Origin: Desulfovibrio sp.
GTDB taxonomy: Bacteria; Desulfobacterota; Desulfovibrionia; Desulfovibrionales; Desulfovibrionaceae
Assembly (NCBI GenBank): GCA_017613295.1
Contig: JAGAEE010000212.1
Span: 1-43,569, forward strand
Direction of reading: 5' to 3'
DNA: 43,569 nt
The position numbers and the translations under genes are program-made. Positions 20,044 to 30,124 of this stretch are shown in pieces. The stretch's first letter is position 1. Every line of letters begins with the position of its first letter. The notes under the pieces were generated by a model. The model was not told where the DNA came from, made no database searches, and was given only the letters and a program-made list of their open reading frames with translations.

Positions 20044-20226
20044 CTGAAAGGTTGTCATATTGTTGATACAGCTCTGGAACGGGAACAGCAACTTCAAGAC
20101 AAGGAGAATCGTCAGGTGCCGGGCCTCAGGCCCGGCATTTTTGATCTTACCGTCATTACTCGCAATACAAAGCACTTCGCGGGCACGGGAGTTCCTTGTC
20201 ATACCCCTTGGGCAGAAGGGTACTAA
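20044..20226 (+). pseudogene. Degenerate chimeric ORF ending in a VapC/FitB PIN-toxin C-terminal fragment
   Basis: Only CTG/ATA after the SD. C-terminus LTVITRNTKHFAGTGVPCHTPW matches the PIN tail (LTLVTRNxxDF..GV...NPW); the N-terminal PIN DTN motif is absent. Confidence 0.6.
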
Positions 20227-20233
20227 CTGTATT

Positions 20234-20276
20234 CAGTGGAAAACAAGCCCCCTTGACGGGGGCTTGTTTTCCACTG
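20234..20276. terminator. Bidirectional terminator, perfect 19-bp inverted repeat
   Basis: CAGTGGAAAACAAGCCCCC-TTGAC-GGGGGCTTGTTTTCCACTG, downstream of adk. Confidence 0.85.
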
Positions 20277-20304
20277 TGGACGTATGCGTTCAACTTTCGG
20301 ACGA

Positions 20305-20976
20305 TCAGGCGAGCTGGGAAAGCAGAGTCTCCTTGATGGAATCAATGGAGCCTTCGCCATTGAGTTCGATATACTTCGTCTTGCCTTCGTTGGCCAGCTT
20401 CTTGAAATAGTAGGCGGCGGCCAGGGTGCCGTCAGTGGTGTTGTAATAGATATCGTGGCGTTTGTTGATGGCGGCTTCGTCCTGATCGTCGGAGCGGCAG
20501 GAGAGATCACCACCGCAGACGCGGCATTTATCACCGTTTGGCTTGATCGCGTCGATATAGATGTTGTTGGGATGATTGTTGTTGGTCTTGCACAGACGAC
20601 GACCCATTATGCGATTTTTGGCCGTTTCGCGGGGAAGGAGGATTTCCACCACGTAGTCAAGCTGAATATTAGCCTGCTTGAGGGCATCCCAGAGTTTTTC
20701 AGCCTGCACCATGTTGCGGGGGAAGCCGTCCAGCAGCCAGCCGTTCTGGCCCTTGGTCTTCAGGGTGTCAAGCACCATAGGGATGGTGATGTCGTCGGGC
20801 ACGAGGTCGCCTCTGTCAATATAGGCTTTGGCTTTCTTGCCCAGTTCGGTGCCTCCGCCGATATGTTCACGGAAGATGGCGCCGGATTCGATGTGGGCGA
20901 GGTTATATTTTTGTTTGATCAGGTCGCCCTGAGTGCCTTTGCCGCTGCCGTTGGGCCCAAAGATAAGGATATTCAT
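20305..20976 (-). CDS. adk: Adenylate kinase with metal-binding LID (Desulfovibrio type)
   Basis: GPNGSGKGT, GDLVPD, LDGFPR, LID motif C-x5-H-x15-C-x2-C, RSDD. Confidence 0.97.
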   Translation of the reverse strand: MNILIFGPNGSGKGTQGDLIKQKYNLAHIESGAIFREHIGGGTELGKKAKAYIDRGDLVPDDITIPMVLDTLKTKGQNGWLLDGFPRNMVQAEKLWDALKQANIQLDYVVEILLPRETAKNRIMGRRLCKTNNNHPNNIYIDAIKPNGDKCRVCGGDLSCRSDDQDEAAINKRHDIYYNTTDGTLAAAYYFKKLANEGKTKYIELNGEGSIDSIKETLLSQLA

Positions 20977-21103
20977 GACGCATCTCCTTGGCGGAACCGT
21001 AAGGGGTTGTGCAAAAAACATGTCTTCGATACTGCGTACGAGCCCCTCTGTCAACACGGGCACAGGGGAGTTTTTCCCGTGTGTGGGCTGCCATTGGGAG
21101 GGG

Positions 21104-24100
21104 TCATACGTCAAAAAGCATTTCCAAGTCTTCACGCGTGAGCGATTTCCACGAATCCTGACCAGGAATGATGGCCTCTGCCACGCCGCGTTTGGCCTCC
21201 TGCAGTTTGAGGATTTTTTCTTCCACGGTATTCTGGCAGATCAGTTTGTAGGAAAAGACCTGGCGGGTCTGTCCGATCCGGTGGGTACGGTCAGTGGCCT
21301 GATTTTCCACCGCCGGGTTCCACCACGGATCGTAGTGAATAACGTAGTCGGCGGACGTCAGGTTGAGGCCCGTGCCACCGGCCTTGAGTGAAATGAGAAA
21401 AATGGGAATGTCCGGGCTTTGGTTGAAGCGATCCACCTGTTCGAAGCGGTCCTTGCTGGCGCCGTCGAGATAGCAGAAGGGCGTCTGTGAAAAATCTAGC
21501 CATTGTCTGATGATCTGCAACATCTGCACGAACTGGGAGAAGACCAGGACCTTGTGCCCTCCTTCCACGATTTCTGTGATCATGTCTTTGAAAGCGTCGA
21601 ATTTGCCTGAGGGCAAGTTGTTGGAAAAACCCGGAATGTCCAGTTTGAGTAGTCGCGGATGGCAGCATATCTGCCGCAGTTTTAGCAGGGCGTCCAGGAT
21701 GGACATTTGGCTTTTTGCCAGGCCTTTTTTGTCCACATCGGCCAGTACCTGCGCGCGAAGTTTGCGGGCCAGGGCGGCATACAGCTCGGCCTGGGCCTCT
21801 TCCAGGGCACAGCAGGTGACACTTTCCACCTTGGGGGGCAGGTCTTTGGCCACTTCGGCCTTGGTGCGACGCAGGATGAAGGGCCTGACGCGGGTACGTA
21901 AATAATCCAGTGTCTCTGTGTCGCCGTCCTTGATGGGTTTAACGACACCGCGCTGGAAGGCGTGCTGTGATCCCAGAAAACCTGGCATGAGAAATTCAAA
22001 AAGCGACCAGAGTTCAAAGAGGTTGTTTTCAATGGGCGTACCGGAGAGGCAAAGGCGCATCCGGGCGTTGATGCGGCGTACGGCGCGGGCTGTGATGGTG
22101 TTGGGATTTTTGATGTTCTGGGCCTCGTCCAGAATGACGGCGTTGAAGTCGTATTTTTCCATCTCCTCCATGTCGCGCCTGAGCAGGGCGTACGTGGTGA
22201 TGATGAGGTTGGACTCAACTATATGCTTGAACATGCCCTCGCGGCGTGTGCCATAGATGATCAGACGTTTCAGGTTGGGAACAAATTTTTCCGCCTCCCG
22301 TTCCCAGTTTGGCAGGACGGACGTGGGCACAACGATGAGGTTGGGACCAGTACAGTGGCTTTCTGTCATATGCTGTATGAAGGCCAAGGTCTGCACGGTC
22401 TTCCCTAGGCCCATTTCGTCCGCGAGGATACCACCAAAGCCGTATTCCGAAAGAAAGTTAAGATAGGCAATCCCTTGCAGCTGATAGCTGCGCAGATTGG
22501 CGTTGAGCCCCTGCGGGGTCTTAATGGCTCGTACCTCGCGAAACGTGTGGATTTTTTCGCGCAGTTTGTTCCAGAAGGAGTCCGTGGTGGCGTCGGGCAG
22601 ATCTTCCAGTAGATTGTCCAGTACGGGAGCCTCGAACTGCTTGAATTTCTGCTGAGGAGGTTTGGAGGGGTCCAGGCCAAGGGCAGAAAGCTTGTGGGCG
22701 ATCTTTTCCAGCCACGCTTCCGGGAGGCTGGTGTAGGAACCGTCCTTGAGCTGCACATAGCGCTTGCCACGCACCCAGGCCTTCCAGATCTTTTCGAGTG
22801 GCAGACTTTGCCCCTCGTAATCCACACTGATATCCAGAGAAAACCATTTTTCCTTTTCGTTGCTGGTCACTGTGGCCACGATATTGGACGCTGCCGTGCG
22901 TACCTTGTAGCGCGAGAGGGCCTTTTCACCGTAGACGCGGTAATTCTCCACAAGTCGGGGATAGGCATCAAGCAGGAAAGCGATCGCTTCCTCCGGTTCC
23001 AGGAACCACAGTTTGCTGGATCTCGCCTGGAAGCCCAGCGTAGTGAGCTCGTCCATAAGGCGAGCTTCCTCTTCCTGGTGACGCCGCACGAGAAAGGTCT
23101 GCCCTTCGTATGTGTAGCTGCCGGTTTGGAAGTCGGGGTTGGGACCATTGAGGGTAAATTCCCCGTGACGTGTTTCGTAGATGTTGTCGATTTCCAGGGT
23201 CAGCAGGCTGCCTTCTTCGTCGAGGAAGAGCTTGGGATTGTAGGTGGCGGGTTGGAACACCGGCTCCATGAGCTTGAGGAATTTTTCCGGCTCGTACAGG
23301 TCTGAAGAAGGCAGGCGAGTCCACACACGGTCGAGAAATTCGGAAATGTCGTCGTGGGGCACCACCGGGTGTTCATGGATAAGATTGCGTACCAGCGAAG
23401 GGTAGAGGCCTGTTTGGACGGGGTAGAAGTTGTGCTGGTAGCATACCCAGAGTGGCATCTGCCCGTGGAAGGTGATGGGCGCGTCTTCACTGTTTTCTTG
23501 CGGGGCAGATGCGTCGGACCGGTTTGTGTCATCCAGCCGTTCGGAATCGCTGCAGATGGGAAGTGGTGTTCGACCCTCGCGTTGTAACAGCACGTCGAAG
23601 TGAAAACCCGCGTCGTCCAGAATGGGCTTGAGCTTGAGGGCAAAAGGGGTGCTTTCGATACGGCAGGGTTTGTCCGTATCCTTCCAGAGCAGGTAATATT
23701 CCCGTCGTACGGCCCAGAAAAACCATGAGGTTAGTCCCTGGGGAATTTCGATGCGGTGCCCGTAATAGTCCAGGTGCTGACCGATCTGTTTGGCCACGTG
23801 GGGCAGCTGAGGGGATAAGTCGCACCAGTCGGGATTTTCTATGAGCTGCGCCAGAGTGACATTGTTGTGTACGGTGGAAAGTCCGGATTTATTTTGGCGT
23901 CCTCTGAAAAAGGAGACGAGAAGGCGGTCCTGCTCCGGTTCAAAACGGAAGATGAGGTAGTGGTGTCCGGGTTCCGGCTCCAGGTCCGTGGAGAAGAAAT
24001 TGCGGAAACTCTGTTTCCAGTCTATGGTGGGGGGTGGAGTTTCCTCCGGGTCTCCCTCGTTTTTGCGCAGCTCTTCGGCAAGGCGGAGGGCCAGGGCGGC

Positions 24101-24379
24101 CACATGGCGGCAGATGCCTGTAAAGGCGTCAGAGCAGTTGCATTGGTGACGTGTGCTGCGGTCAGCCAGAGTGAAAACAAGGGTCGGTGTGTAGACCTGG
24201 AGATCCTCTCCCTGAATGACGGCCTGCACGTCCCAAGCGTCACCTTCCTGTATATTGATCTTTTGCACCCCGCCCTCTGAGAGAATATAGTGGGCGGCGT
24301 CACGAATGTATTCCGGAACGCTGTCGTGAAGAAATGTCTGGCAGATGTCGCGAACGACGTTTTGTTCTGATCGGCTCAT
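21104..24379 (-). CDS. SWIM zinc finger + SNF2-family helicase/translocase
   Basis: SWIM CNC..CRH; GGILADEMGLGKT, DEAQ, SGTPIEN, SLKAGGTGLNLT, DPWWNPAVE.QATDRTHRIGQ. Confidence 0.95.
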   Translation of the reverse strand: MSRSEQNVVRDICQTFLHDSVPEYIRDAAHYILSEGGVQKINIQEGDAWDVQAVIQGEDLQVYTPTLVFTLADRSTRHQCNCSDAFTGICRHVAALALRLAEELRKNEGDPEETPPPTIDWKQSFRNFFSTDLEPEPGHHYLIFRFEPEQDRLLVSFFRGRQNKSGLSTVHNNVTLAQLIENPDWCDLSPQLPHVAKQIGQHLDYYGHRIEIPQGLTSWFFWAVRREYYLLWKDTDKPCRIESTPFALKLKPILDDAGFHFDVLLQREGRTPLPICSDSERLDDTNRSDASAPQENSEDAPITFHGQMPLWVCYQHNFYPVQTGLYPSLVRNLIHEHPVVPHDDISEFLDRVWTRLPSSDLYEPEKFLKLMEPVFQPATYNPKLFLDEEGSLLTLEIDNIYETRHGEFTLNGPNPDFQTGSYTYEGQTFLVRRHQEEEARLMDELTTLGFQARSSKLWFLEPEEAIAFLLDAYPRLVENYRVYGEKALSRYKVRTAASNIVATVTSNEKEKWFSLDISVDYEGQSLPLEKIWKAWVRGKRYVQLKDGSYTSLPEAWLEKIAHKLSALGLDPSKPPQQKFKQFEAPVLDNLLEDLPDATTDSFWNKLREKIHTFREVRAIKTPQGLNANLRSYQLQGIAYLNFLSEYGFGGILADEMGLGKTVQTLAFIQHMTESHCTGPNLIVVPTSVLPNWEREAEKFVPNLKRLIIYGTRREGMFKHIVESNLIITTYALLRRDMEEMEKYDFNAVILDEAQNIKNPNTITARAVRRINARMRLCLSGTPIENNLFELWSLFEFLMPGFLGSQHAFQRGVVKPIKDGDTETLDYLRTRVRPFILRRTKAEVAKDLPPKVESVTCCALEEAQAELYAALARKLRAQVLADVDKKGLAKSQMSILDALLKLRQICCHPRLLKLDIPGFSNNLPSGKFDAFKDMITEIVEGGHKVLVFSQFVQMLQIIRQWLDFSQTPFCYLDGASKDRFEQVDRFNQSPDIPIFLISLKAGGTGLNLTSADYVIHYDPWWNPAVENQATDRTHRIGQTRQVFSYKLICQNTVEEKILKLQEAKRGVAEAIIPGQDSWKSLTREDLEMLFDV

Positions 24380-24447
24380 GAGTTCCTCAAAAGAAGGCTG
24401 TTTACACAATTTTTGATAGATATCATGAAGCGGGGGGCAAAAGCAAT

Positions 24448-26118
24448 ATGAAGCCGCCTTTTTTTGTGAAAAAATTCTTGTCGGCCTTGCATGATGTCGT
24501 AGGTGCGACCTTCGCGCTTACGTTGGCCCTGCAGTGTTATATTATTCCGGTACAGGGCGCCCCCGTGATTGACGCAGGAACTCCCTCCTCTCCTGAGGAC
24601 GGTGGCAGTATCACCTTGGGCATGCTGGGCGAGGCCTCCAATCTCATACCCTATCTTTCTTCCGACGCCGCTTCTCACGAGGTCGCTGAGCTGATATACG
24701 TGGCCCCTCTGCGTTATGACGGGGACTTGCAGCCGCAACCTTGGGCTGCGTCGTCCTGGAGTATGGATGATGAGGGCAAGGTACTACGTTTTACGTTGCG
24801 CAAGGGCATATTGTGGGAGGACGGTCAGGAGCTGACGGCCGAGGACGTTGCCTTTACGTGCCGGATTGTGGCTGACCCGGCCACGGGCAGTCCCTATGCG
24901 GAAGATTTTCAGCGTGTGAAGGAACTGCGCGTGATTGACCGCTATACCTTTGAGGCACGTTATGACCGGTATTTTGCCCGAGCCGTGTCCACATGGATGA
25001 ATCCGATCCTGCCAAAACACCTTCTGGACGGGCAGGACATACGGCACTCCCACCTCGCTAGAAAACCCGTGGGTGCCGGCCCCTATCGTCTGACCAAATG
25101 GGAGGCTGGCAGCCGCATTGTGTTGGACGCCTCACCCACGTATTTTGCCGGCAGGCCTCACATCGACAGGGTTATCTACCGCATCATCCCTGACAGCGCG
25201 ACCATGTTTATGGAAATGCGATCGGGACGTCTCGACATCATGGACCTAACACCATTGCAATATTTGCGTCAGACAGCCGGTGAGGAATGGAGCCGGTGCT
25301 GCAGCAAATATCGCTACCTGGCTTCGGTCTATGTGTATCTGGGGTTCAACCTTGAGCATCCTTTTTTTCAGGACGTGCGCGTTCGCCAGGCCATCTCGTT
25401 TGCCATCAGCAGGGAGGACATCATACGGGGAGTCCTGCTGGGGCAGGGCGTACCGGCCTTCGGACCGTTCAAGCCGGGCACATGGGCTAGTCATCCCTCA
25501 CTCCAGGCCGTGCGTCAGGACATACCTCGGGCGAGGTCGCTCCTGGCCGAAGCCGGTTTTGTAGACAGTGATGGCGACGGTGTCCTTGACCGGCAAGGTC
25601 AGCCCTTGGCCTTCACCATCTTGACCAACCAGGGCAACGAGCAACGTATCCTGACGGCCACGGTCATGCAGTCCCAGCTCAGGGCCGTGGGTATTGACGT
25701 ACGTATTCGTACGGTCGAGTGGGCCGCTTTTATCCGCGAATTTGTGAATAAGGGACGCTTTGACGCCGTACTCTTGGGTTGGACCATACCACAGGATCCA
25801 GATTTGTATTCAGTGTGGCATTCCTCACAGACCTTTGAGGGGGGGCTCAATTTCACCCACTATCGCAACAGCGAGGTCGATGATCTGCTCACCAGAGCGC
25901 AGTCCACGCCGGACAGGCAGACGCGAGTGGCCTGTTACCGGCGGATTCAAGAAATTCTGGACGCGGAACAGCCCTACTGTTTTCTTTTTGTGCCCTGGGC
26001 CTTGCCCGTGGTGCAACGGCGTATCCGTGGCATAGAACCGGCTCTGGCGGGTATTATGTACAATTTTGAAGATTGGTGGATTCCGCAGGCGTATCAGCGG
26101 GCAGGAATCGCTCCTTAG
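24448..26118 (+). CDS. ABC transporter peptide-binding protein (SBP family 5, AppA/OppA-like); no permease genes adjacent
   Basis: FTLRKGILWEDG..LTAEDVAFT, PVGAGPY, DVRVRQAI; start codon uncertain. Confidence 0.92.
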   Translation: MKPPFFVKKFLSALHDVVGATFALTLALQCYIIPVQGAPVIDAGTPSSPEDGGSITLGMLGEASNLIPYLSSDAASHEVAELIYVAPLRYDGDLQPQPWAASSWSMDDEGKVLRFTLRKGILWEDGQELTAEDVAFTCRIVADPATGSPYAEDFQRVKELRVIDRYTFEARYDRYFARAVSTWMNPILPKHLLDGQDIRHSHLARKPVGAGPYRLTKWEAGSRIVLDASPTYFAGRPHIDRVIYRIIPDSATMFMEMRSGRLDIMDLTPLQYLRQTAGEEWSRCCSKYRYLASVYVYLGFNLEHPFFQDVRVRQAISFAISREDIIRGVLLGQGVPAFGPFKPGTWASHPSLQAVRQDIPRARSLLAEAGFVDSDGDGVLDRQGQPLAFTILTNQGNEQRILTATVMQSQLRAVGIDVRIRTVEWAAFIREFVNKGRFDAVLLGWTIPQDPDLYSVWHSSQTFEGGLNFTHYRNSEVDDLLTRAQSTPDRQTRVACYRRIQEILDAEQPYCFLFVPWALPVVQRRIRGIEPALAGIMYNFEDWWIPQAYQRAGIAP

Positions 26119-26174
26119 CGTCGCAAGGCTGGGACATGACAATGGCATGGAGGCTAAGAGGCTTTCCAGGGCGC

Positions 26175-26900
26175 CTATTCCAGTTTTAGTGCGGAGGGCA
26201 GGTTGTCGTTTGGGCCGGCCGCGCCTTCCATGTAGTGTCCGTCGTAGATGGCATAGGAGTGGAGCTTGCCGTCGGTGACGATGTTCACAACACCCTCGTC
26301 GAATTCACTGGGATACCATGTCAGCTCGGTATGCTGGGTATTCTTGCCAGAAGAGTAATAGCCACTGCCGTCGGCCAGGAGGATCATGTAACGGTCAGCA
26401 TGCTGTTTGATGCAGGCTTTGCGCACGTCTTCATAGCCATGTGCTTCGTCAGACAGGGTTCCCAGGCAGGCAGTGGCCCGCAGTTCTCTTTTGCCTGCCA
26501 TGATATCGCCGATGTTCGTCGGCACGCCACCCGGGGATGTGTCGGCCCGTTCTCCGGAGCGAAAAAAGTTGGCGCTGATGGCCAGCCCTTCAATGTGCAG
26601 TACCTTGCGCACAAAGGTTACGCGTACGTAGTCGCCCGTGCGGGGACGCCTTCCGTCTTTGCCGGTGAGGGCCTGAGCGAGGGCGTCCCTGTCTGCCACA
26701 ATGGTCCATGAGGAATGGCCGTTTTTGATCACGAGGAGACAGCGGTTCTTGCGGGTGTTGCCTTTGAGGATGAGTGTGCCTTCCACGGTTTGTTCGCGTT
26801 CACCGGCCAGAGCCGTGCCGAAGGATTGTGGCAGCAGAGGGAAAAAGAGTGTGACCATTGTGAGGAAGAGACAACAGAAAAGGGAAGTCTTGTGTCGCAT
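26175..26900 (-). CDS. Hypothetical secreted protein (241 aa)
   Basis: SD GGAGG before ATG 26900; signal peptide ending ALA-G; fills the gap between the SBP gene and nrdJ. Confidence 0.75.
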   Translation of the reverse strand: MRHKTSLFCCLFLTMVTLFFPLLPQSFGTALAGEREQTVEGTLILKGNTRKNRCLLVIKNGHSSWTIVADRDALAQALTGKDGRRPRTGDYVRVTFVRKVLHIEGLAISANFFRSGERADTSPGGVPTNIGDIMAGKRELRATACLGTLSDEAHGYEDVRKACIKQHADRYMILLADGSGYYSSGKNTQHTELTWYPSEFDEGVVNIVTDGKLHSYAIYDGHYMEGAAGPNDNLPSALKLE

Positions 26901-27134
26901 CGTGCCCTCCGCCGGGCACGCGCCATGAACGACGTGTGCCGTTGACAGGGAGCGTGACAGTTTTTGCGCTTTCTGGCAAGGGGACGTTTGTCGGGATGCG
27001 GCGCTTTGTCGGCGGTTCTCATTTTGCCGTTTTTGTGTATACTCCACTTGTACCGGTCGCACTCGCGCCCGCCATGTCGCAAACGTGTCCGGACTGGAAG
27101 GTTTCGGGACAAGACGCAAGGAGCAGGGTATCTC

Positions 27135-29384
27135 ATGCTTGCCATGCCAAAGGATTTGCCGCAGCCACAGGTGAAACCCAATGCTGAGGTCGTTTTGCAG
27201 AAACGCTATCTGCGCAAAGACGCGGACGGCAACGTCTCGGAAACCCCACGTGAGCTTTTTTGGCGCGTGGCCTCCGCCATTGCCGCCGAGGAGGGCAGGT
27301 ATGCCTCTTCCCCCTGGTCTGTCGCGTCGCTCGCCCGGGAATTCTACGACCTGATGACCCAGTGGAAATTTTTGCCCAATTCACCCACATTGATGAACGC
27401 GGGCACACCGCTAGGGCAGCTTTCGGCCTGTTTTGTTTTGCCCGTTGGGGATTCCATCGAGGAAATCTTTGACGCTGTGAAGTATGCGGCCATGATCCAC
27501 AAGTCGGGCGGAGGAACGGGTTTTTCCTTTTCACGCCTTCGGCCTAAGGCCAGCAGGGTGGGATCCACCGGCGGCGTGGCTTCCGGCCCAGTGTCTTTCC
27601 TGCGTATCTTCAACACGGCCACGGAGCAGGTGAAGCAGGGTGGCACGCGGCGCGGGGCCAACATGGGCATATTGCGCGTGGATCATCCGGATATCCTTGA
27701 ATTCATCAGGGCCAAGGAGAAGGAAGGCGAATTCAACAATTTCAACCTTTCGGTGGGGCTGACAGAGGCCTTTATGCAGGCCGTAGAAGATGACGGTAGC
27801 TACGATCTCGTGGCTCCCCATACCGGCAAGGTGAAGGAGCGCCGGCGTGCACGAGAAATTTTCGATCTGCTGGTCACCAAGGCCTGGCAGTCCGGGGATC
27901 CCGGCATCGTCTTCCTGGACCGCATTAACCGAGACAACCCTACGCCGGATCAGGGCGAGATCGAATCCACCAACCCCTGCGGCGAGCAGCCACTGCTGTC
28001 GTACGAGGCCTGCAATCTCGGCTCCGTCAATCTGGCACGTTTTGTTCTGCCCGGTCACAAGGGCAGCGCTGGGGTGGAATGCATCGATTGGGAGGAGCTT
28101 GCGCGTGTTGTCCATCTGGCAGTGCGTTTTTTGGACAATGTCATCGATGCCTCACGTTTTCCCCTGGAGCGTATTGCCGAGACCGTACGTCGGAATCGGA
28201 AAATTGGGCTGGGGGTGATGGGTTTTGCTGATCTGCTCTACCGTCTGGAAATTCCTTACAATTCGCAGGAAGGATTGAATTTGGGCGAGCGCCTTATGGC
28301 TTTTGTGAACGACGAGGGCCACAAGGCCTCAATGAGCCTGGCTGAGGAGCGCGGTCCCTTCCCTGCGTATGATACGTCCGTTTTCCCCGCAAAGGGGCTT
28401 GGCCCGTATCGTAATGCCACGGTGACCACCATTGCGCCAACTGGCACACTCTCTATCCTCGCCGGCTGCTCTTCCGGTGTGGAGCCTCTTTTTGCCCTTT
28501 GCTTCACGCGCCACATTCTGGACGGAGAACATCTTTTGGAGGTCAATCCCTGGTTTGAGGAGGCACTTGGCTCGGCTGGTCTTTTCAGCCACGAGCTCAT
28601 GGACAGCGTTGTGGCGAGGGGATCCATAAAGGATATGGAAGCTTTGCCCGTCCATTTACGCCGCGTTTTTGTCACGGCCATGGACATTGAACCCGTGTGG
28701 CATCTTCGCATGCAGGCGGCCTTTCAGCGACACACAGACAATGCTGTGTCCAAAACAGTGAACCTGCCTCACAGCGCCACGGAGGAGGACATACGCAACA
28801 TTTACTGGCTTGCCTATAAGGAAGGGTGCAAGGGCGTCACCGTATACCGTGACGGCTGTAAAAGCGTGCAGGTGCTTGACACCGGCGAGGGACAGAAGGA
28901 ACGGAAAACTGCTGAAATGTCCATGCCGACTTCTGGTGTGCGCGAGCGTCCAGACATCGTATCGGGTTTTACCCAGCGGGTTACCACTGGTCTGGGTGTC
29001 ATGTATCTCACGGTCAATGAAGTTGACGGCCGTCCCTTTGAAGTTTTTGCCACCATTGGCAAATCAGGTCGCTCCATAACGGCCAAGGCTGAAGCCATTG
29101 GCCGTCTGGTGTCCCTGGCCTTGCGTTCTGGCGTGCACGTGCGTGACGTGGTGGCACAGATCAAGGGAATAGGTGGTGAACATCCCGTTTTTCGCCGCAA
29201 GGGGCTGCTGCTGTCCATACCGGACGCCATAGCTTGGGTGCTGGAACGTCGCTATCTCAAGGATGAACCTCCCGTCGGCGTCACCGACTTGCAGGAGCAG
29301 AGCTGCCCGGAATGCGGCGAGGTGCTGGTTTTTCAGGAAGGTTGCCTGATTTGCCCAGCCTGTGGTTTTTCCCGTTGCGGGTAG
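27135..29384 (+). CDS. nrdJ: Class II (adenosylcobalamin-dependent) ribonucleotide reductase with TSCPD and C-terminal Zn ribbon
   Basis: [54 protein letters not shown]-terminal [14 protein letters not shown]. Confidence 0.96.
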   Translation: MLAMPKDLPQPQVKPNAEVVLQKRYLRKDADGNVSETPRELFWRVASAIAAEEGRYASSPWSVASLAREFYDLMTQWKFLPNSPTLMNAGTPLGQLSACFVLPVGDSIEEIFDAVKYAAMIHKSGGGTGFSFSRLRPKASRVGSTGGVASGPVSFLRIFNTATEQVKQGGTRRGANMGILRVDHPDILEFIRAKEKEGEFNNFNLSVGLTEAFMQAVEDDGSYDLVAPHTGKVKERRRAREIFDLLVTKAWQSGDPGIVFLDRINRDNPTPDQGEIESTNPCGEQPLLSYEACNLGSVNLARFVLPGHKGSAGVECIDWEELARVVHLAVRFLDNVIDASRFPLERIAETVRRNRKIGLGVMGFADLLYRLEIPYNSQEGLNLGERLMAFVNDEGHKASMSLAEERGPFPAYDTSVFPAKGLGPYRNATVTTIAPTGTLSILAGCSSGVEPLFALCFTRHILDGEHLLEVNPWFEEALGSAGLFSHELMDSVVARGSIKDMEALPVHLRRVFVTAMDIEPVWHLRMQAAFQRHTDNAVSKTVNLPHSATEEDIRNIYWLAYKEGCKGVTVYRDGCKSVQVLDTGEGQKERKTAEMSMPTSGVRERPDIVSGFTQRVTTGLGVMYLTVNEVDGRPFEVFATIGKSGRSITAKAEAIGRLVSLALRSGVHVRDVVAQIKGIGGEHPVFRRKGLLLSIPDAIAWVLERRYLKDEPPVGVTDLQEQSCPECGEVLVFQEGCLICPACGFSRCG

Positions 29385-29392
29385 GGGGCGAG

Positions 29393-29893
29393 GTGAAGTG
29401 GATCACCCATCAAACGGCGGCCGTAACTCTGGGTGTGGCCCTGCATATGCCGCTAGCAGGGCTGGCGGCACTCTGTGGAGGCGCCATTCTTCCAGACGTG
29501 CTGGATCAGCGTATGGCACGTTTGGCTGTGACGCGTGGCGGTCGGCAGCGTCTTTTCAACGCCGTGCATCGGGGTACGACACACTGGTTTGGCTGGTGGC
29601 TCACCCTGTGTGCCGTGGCGTTCTCGGGGGCTGGAGTGAACGGAAGTGTGAAAGATGTGTGTCTGGGGCTGGGTCTGGGCGGGCTGAGTCACGTGCTGCT
29701 GGACATGCTCACACCGTCGGGCGTACCTCTTGGACCACTGCGCCGTCGCCCAGCGCTCTCTCTCAAGATCTGTGCCACGGGCAGTCTCGGCGAATTATGC
29801 CTTTTGGTTGCCATGGTGGCTGCAGCATGGCTTTTTCTGCGGGAGGACGTGCTGGAACTGGCGCGGATGTTTTCCCGTGCGGCCATGTTCTGA
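29393..29893 (+). CDS. Membrane metal-dependent hydrolase (YdjM/DUF457 family)
   Basis: WITH, LPDVLD, HRGTTHW, SHVLLDMLTPSGVP; GTG start. Confidence 0.88.
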   Translation: MKWITHQTAAVTLGVALHMPLAGLAALCGGAILPDVLDQRMARLAVTRGGRQRLFNAVHRGTTHWFGWWLTLCAVAFSGAGVNGSVKDVCLGLGLGGLSHVLLDMLTPSGVPLGPLRRRPALSLKICATGSLGELCLLVAMVAAAWLFLREDVLELARMFSRAAMF

Positions 29894-30026
29894 GGGAAAA
29901 TCTGTCGGGTGACAGGTCGAGGAAGAATCACGACTTATTTTTTTGTAAGCTCTGTGTTCAGCTTTCAAAGTAACATAGAAACGTCAGATACGGTGTTCCG
30001 ATAGTGCTGAAAATGACACACTAGGC

Positions 30027-30055
30027 TTGCCATGTTCCGATAAAATGTCTATATC
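30027..30055 (+). promoter_or_regulatory. Candidate sigma70 promoter for rfbA-rfbC
   Basis: TTGCCA-17 nt-TATATC. Confidence 0.4.
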
Positions 30056-30124
30056 CGTATCCACGGGGGGCTCATATCTCTGAATGATCCTAAGTCAGAA
30101 ACAAACCTTGAAGCAGGTAAAATC

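Noticed and set aside
20234-20276. 19-bp inverted repeat as a MITE or IS end
   Set aside because: Single copy, 5-nt loop, A/T flanks and a position between convergent units fit a terminator; no transposase or target duplication.
20284-21141. 285-aa ORF antisense to adk
   Set aside because: Shadow frame of a codon-biased gene; no recognisable motifs.
26901-27134. NrdR boxes or a cobalamin riboswitch upstream of nrdJ
   Set aside because: No acceptable match to either consensus by eye; only a TG-TATACT -10-like element is visible.
27135-29384. Intein or intron in nrdJ
   Set aside because: Normal length with contiguous catalytic motifs; no splice-junction or LAGLIDADG signature.
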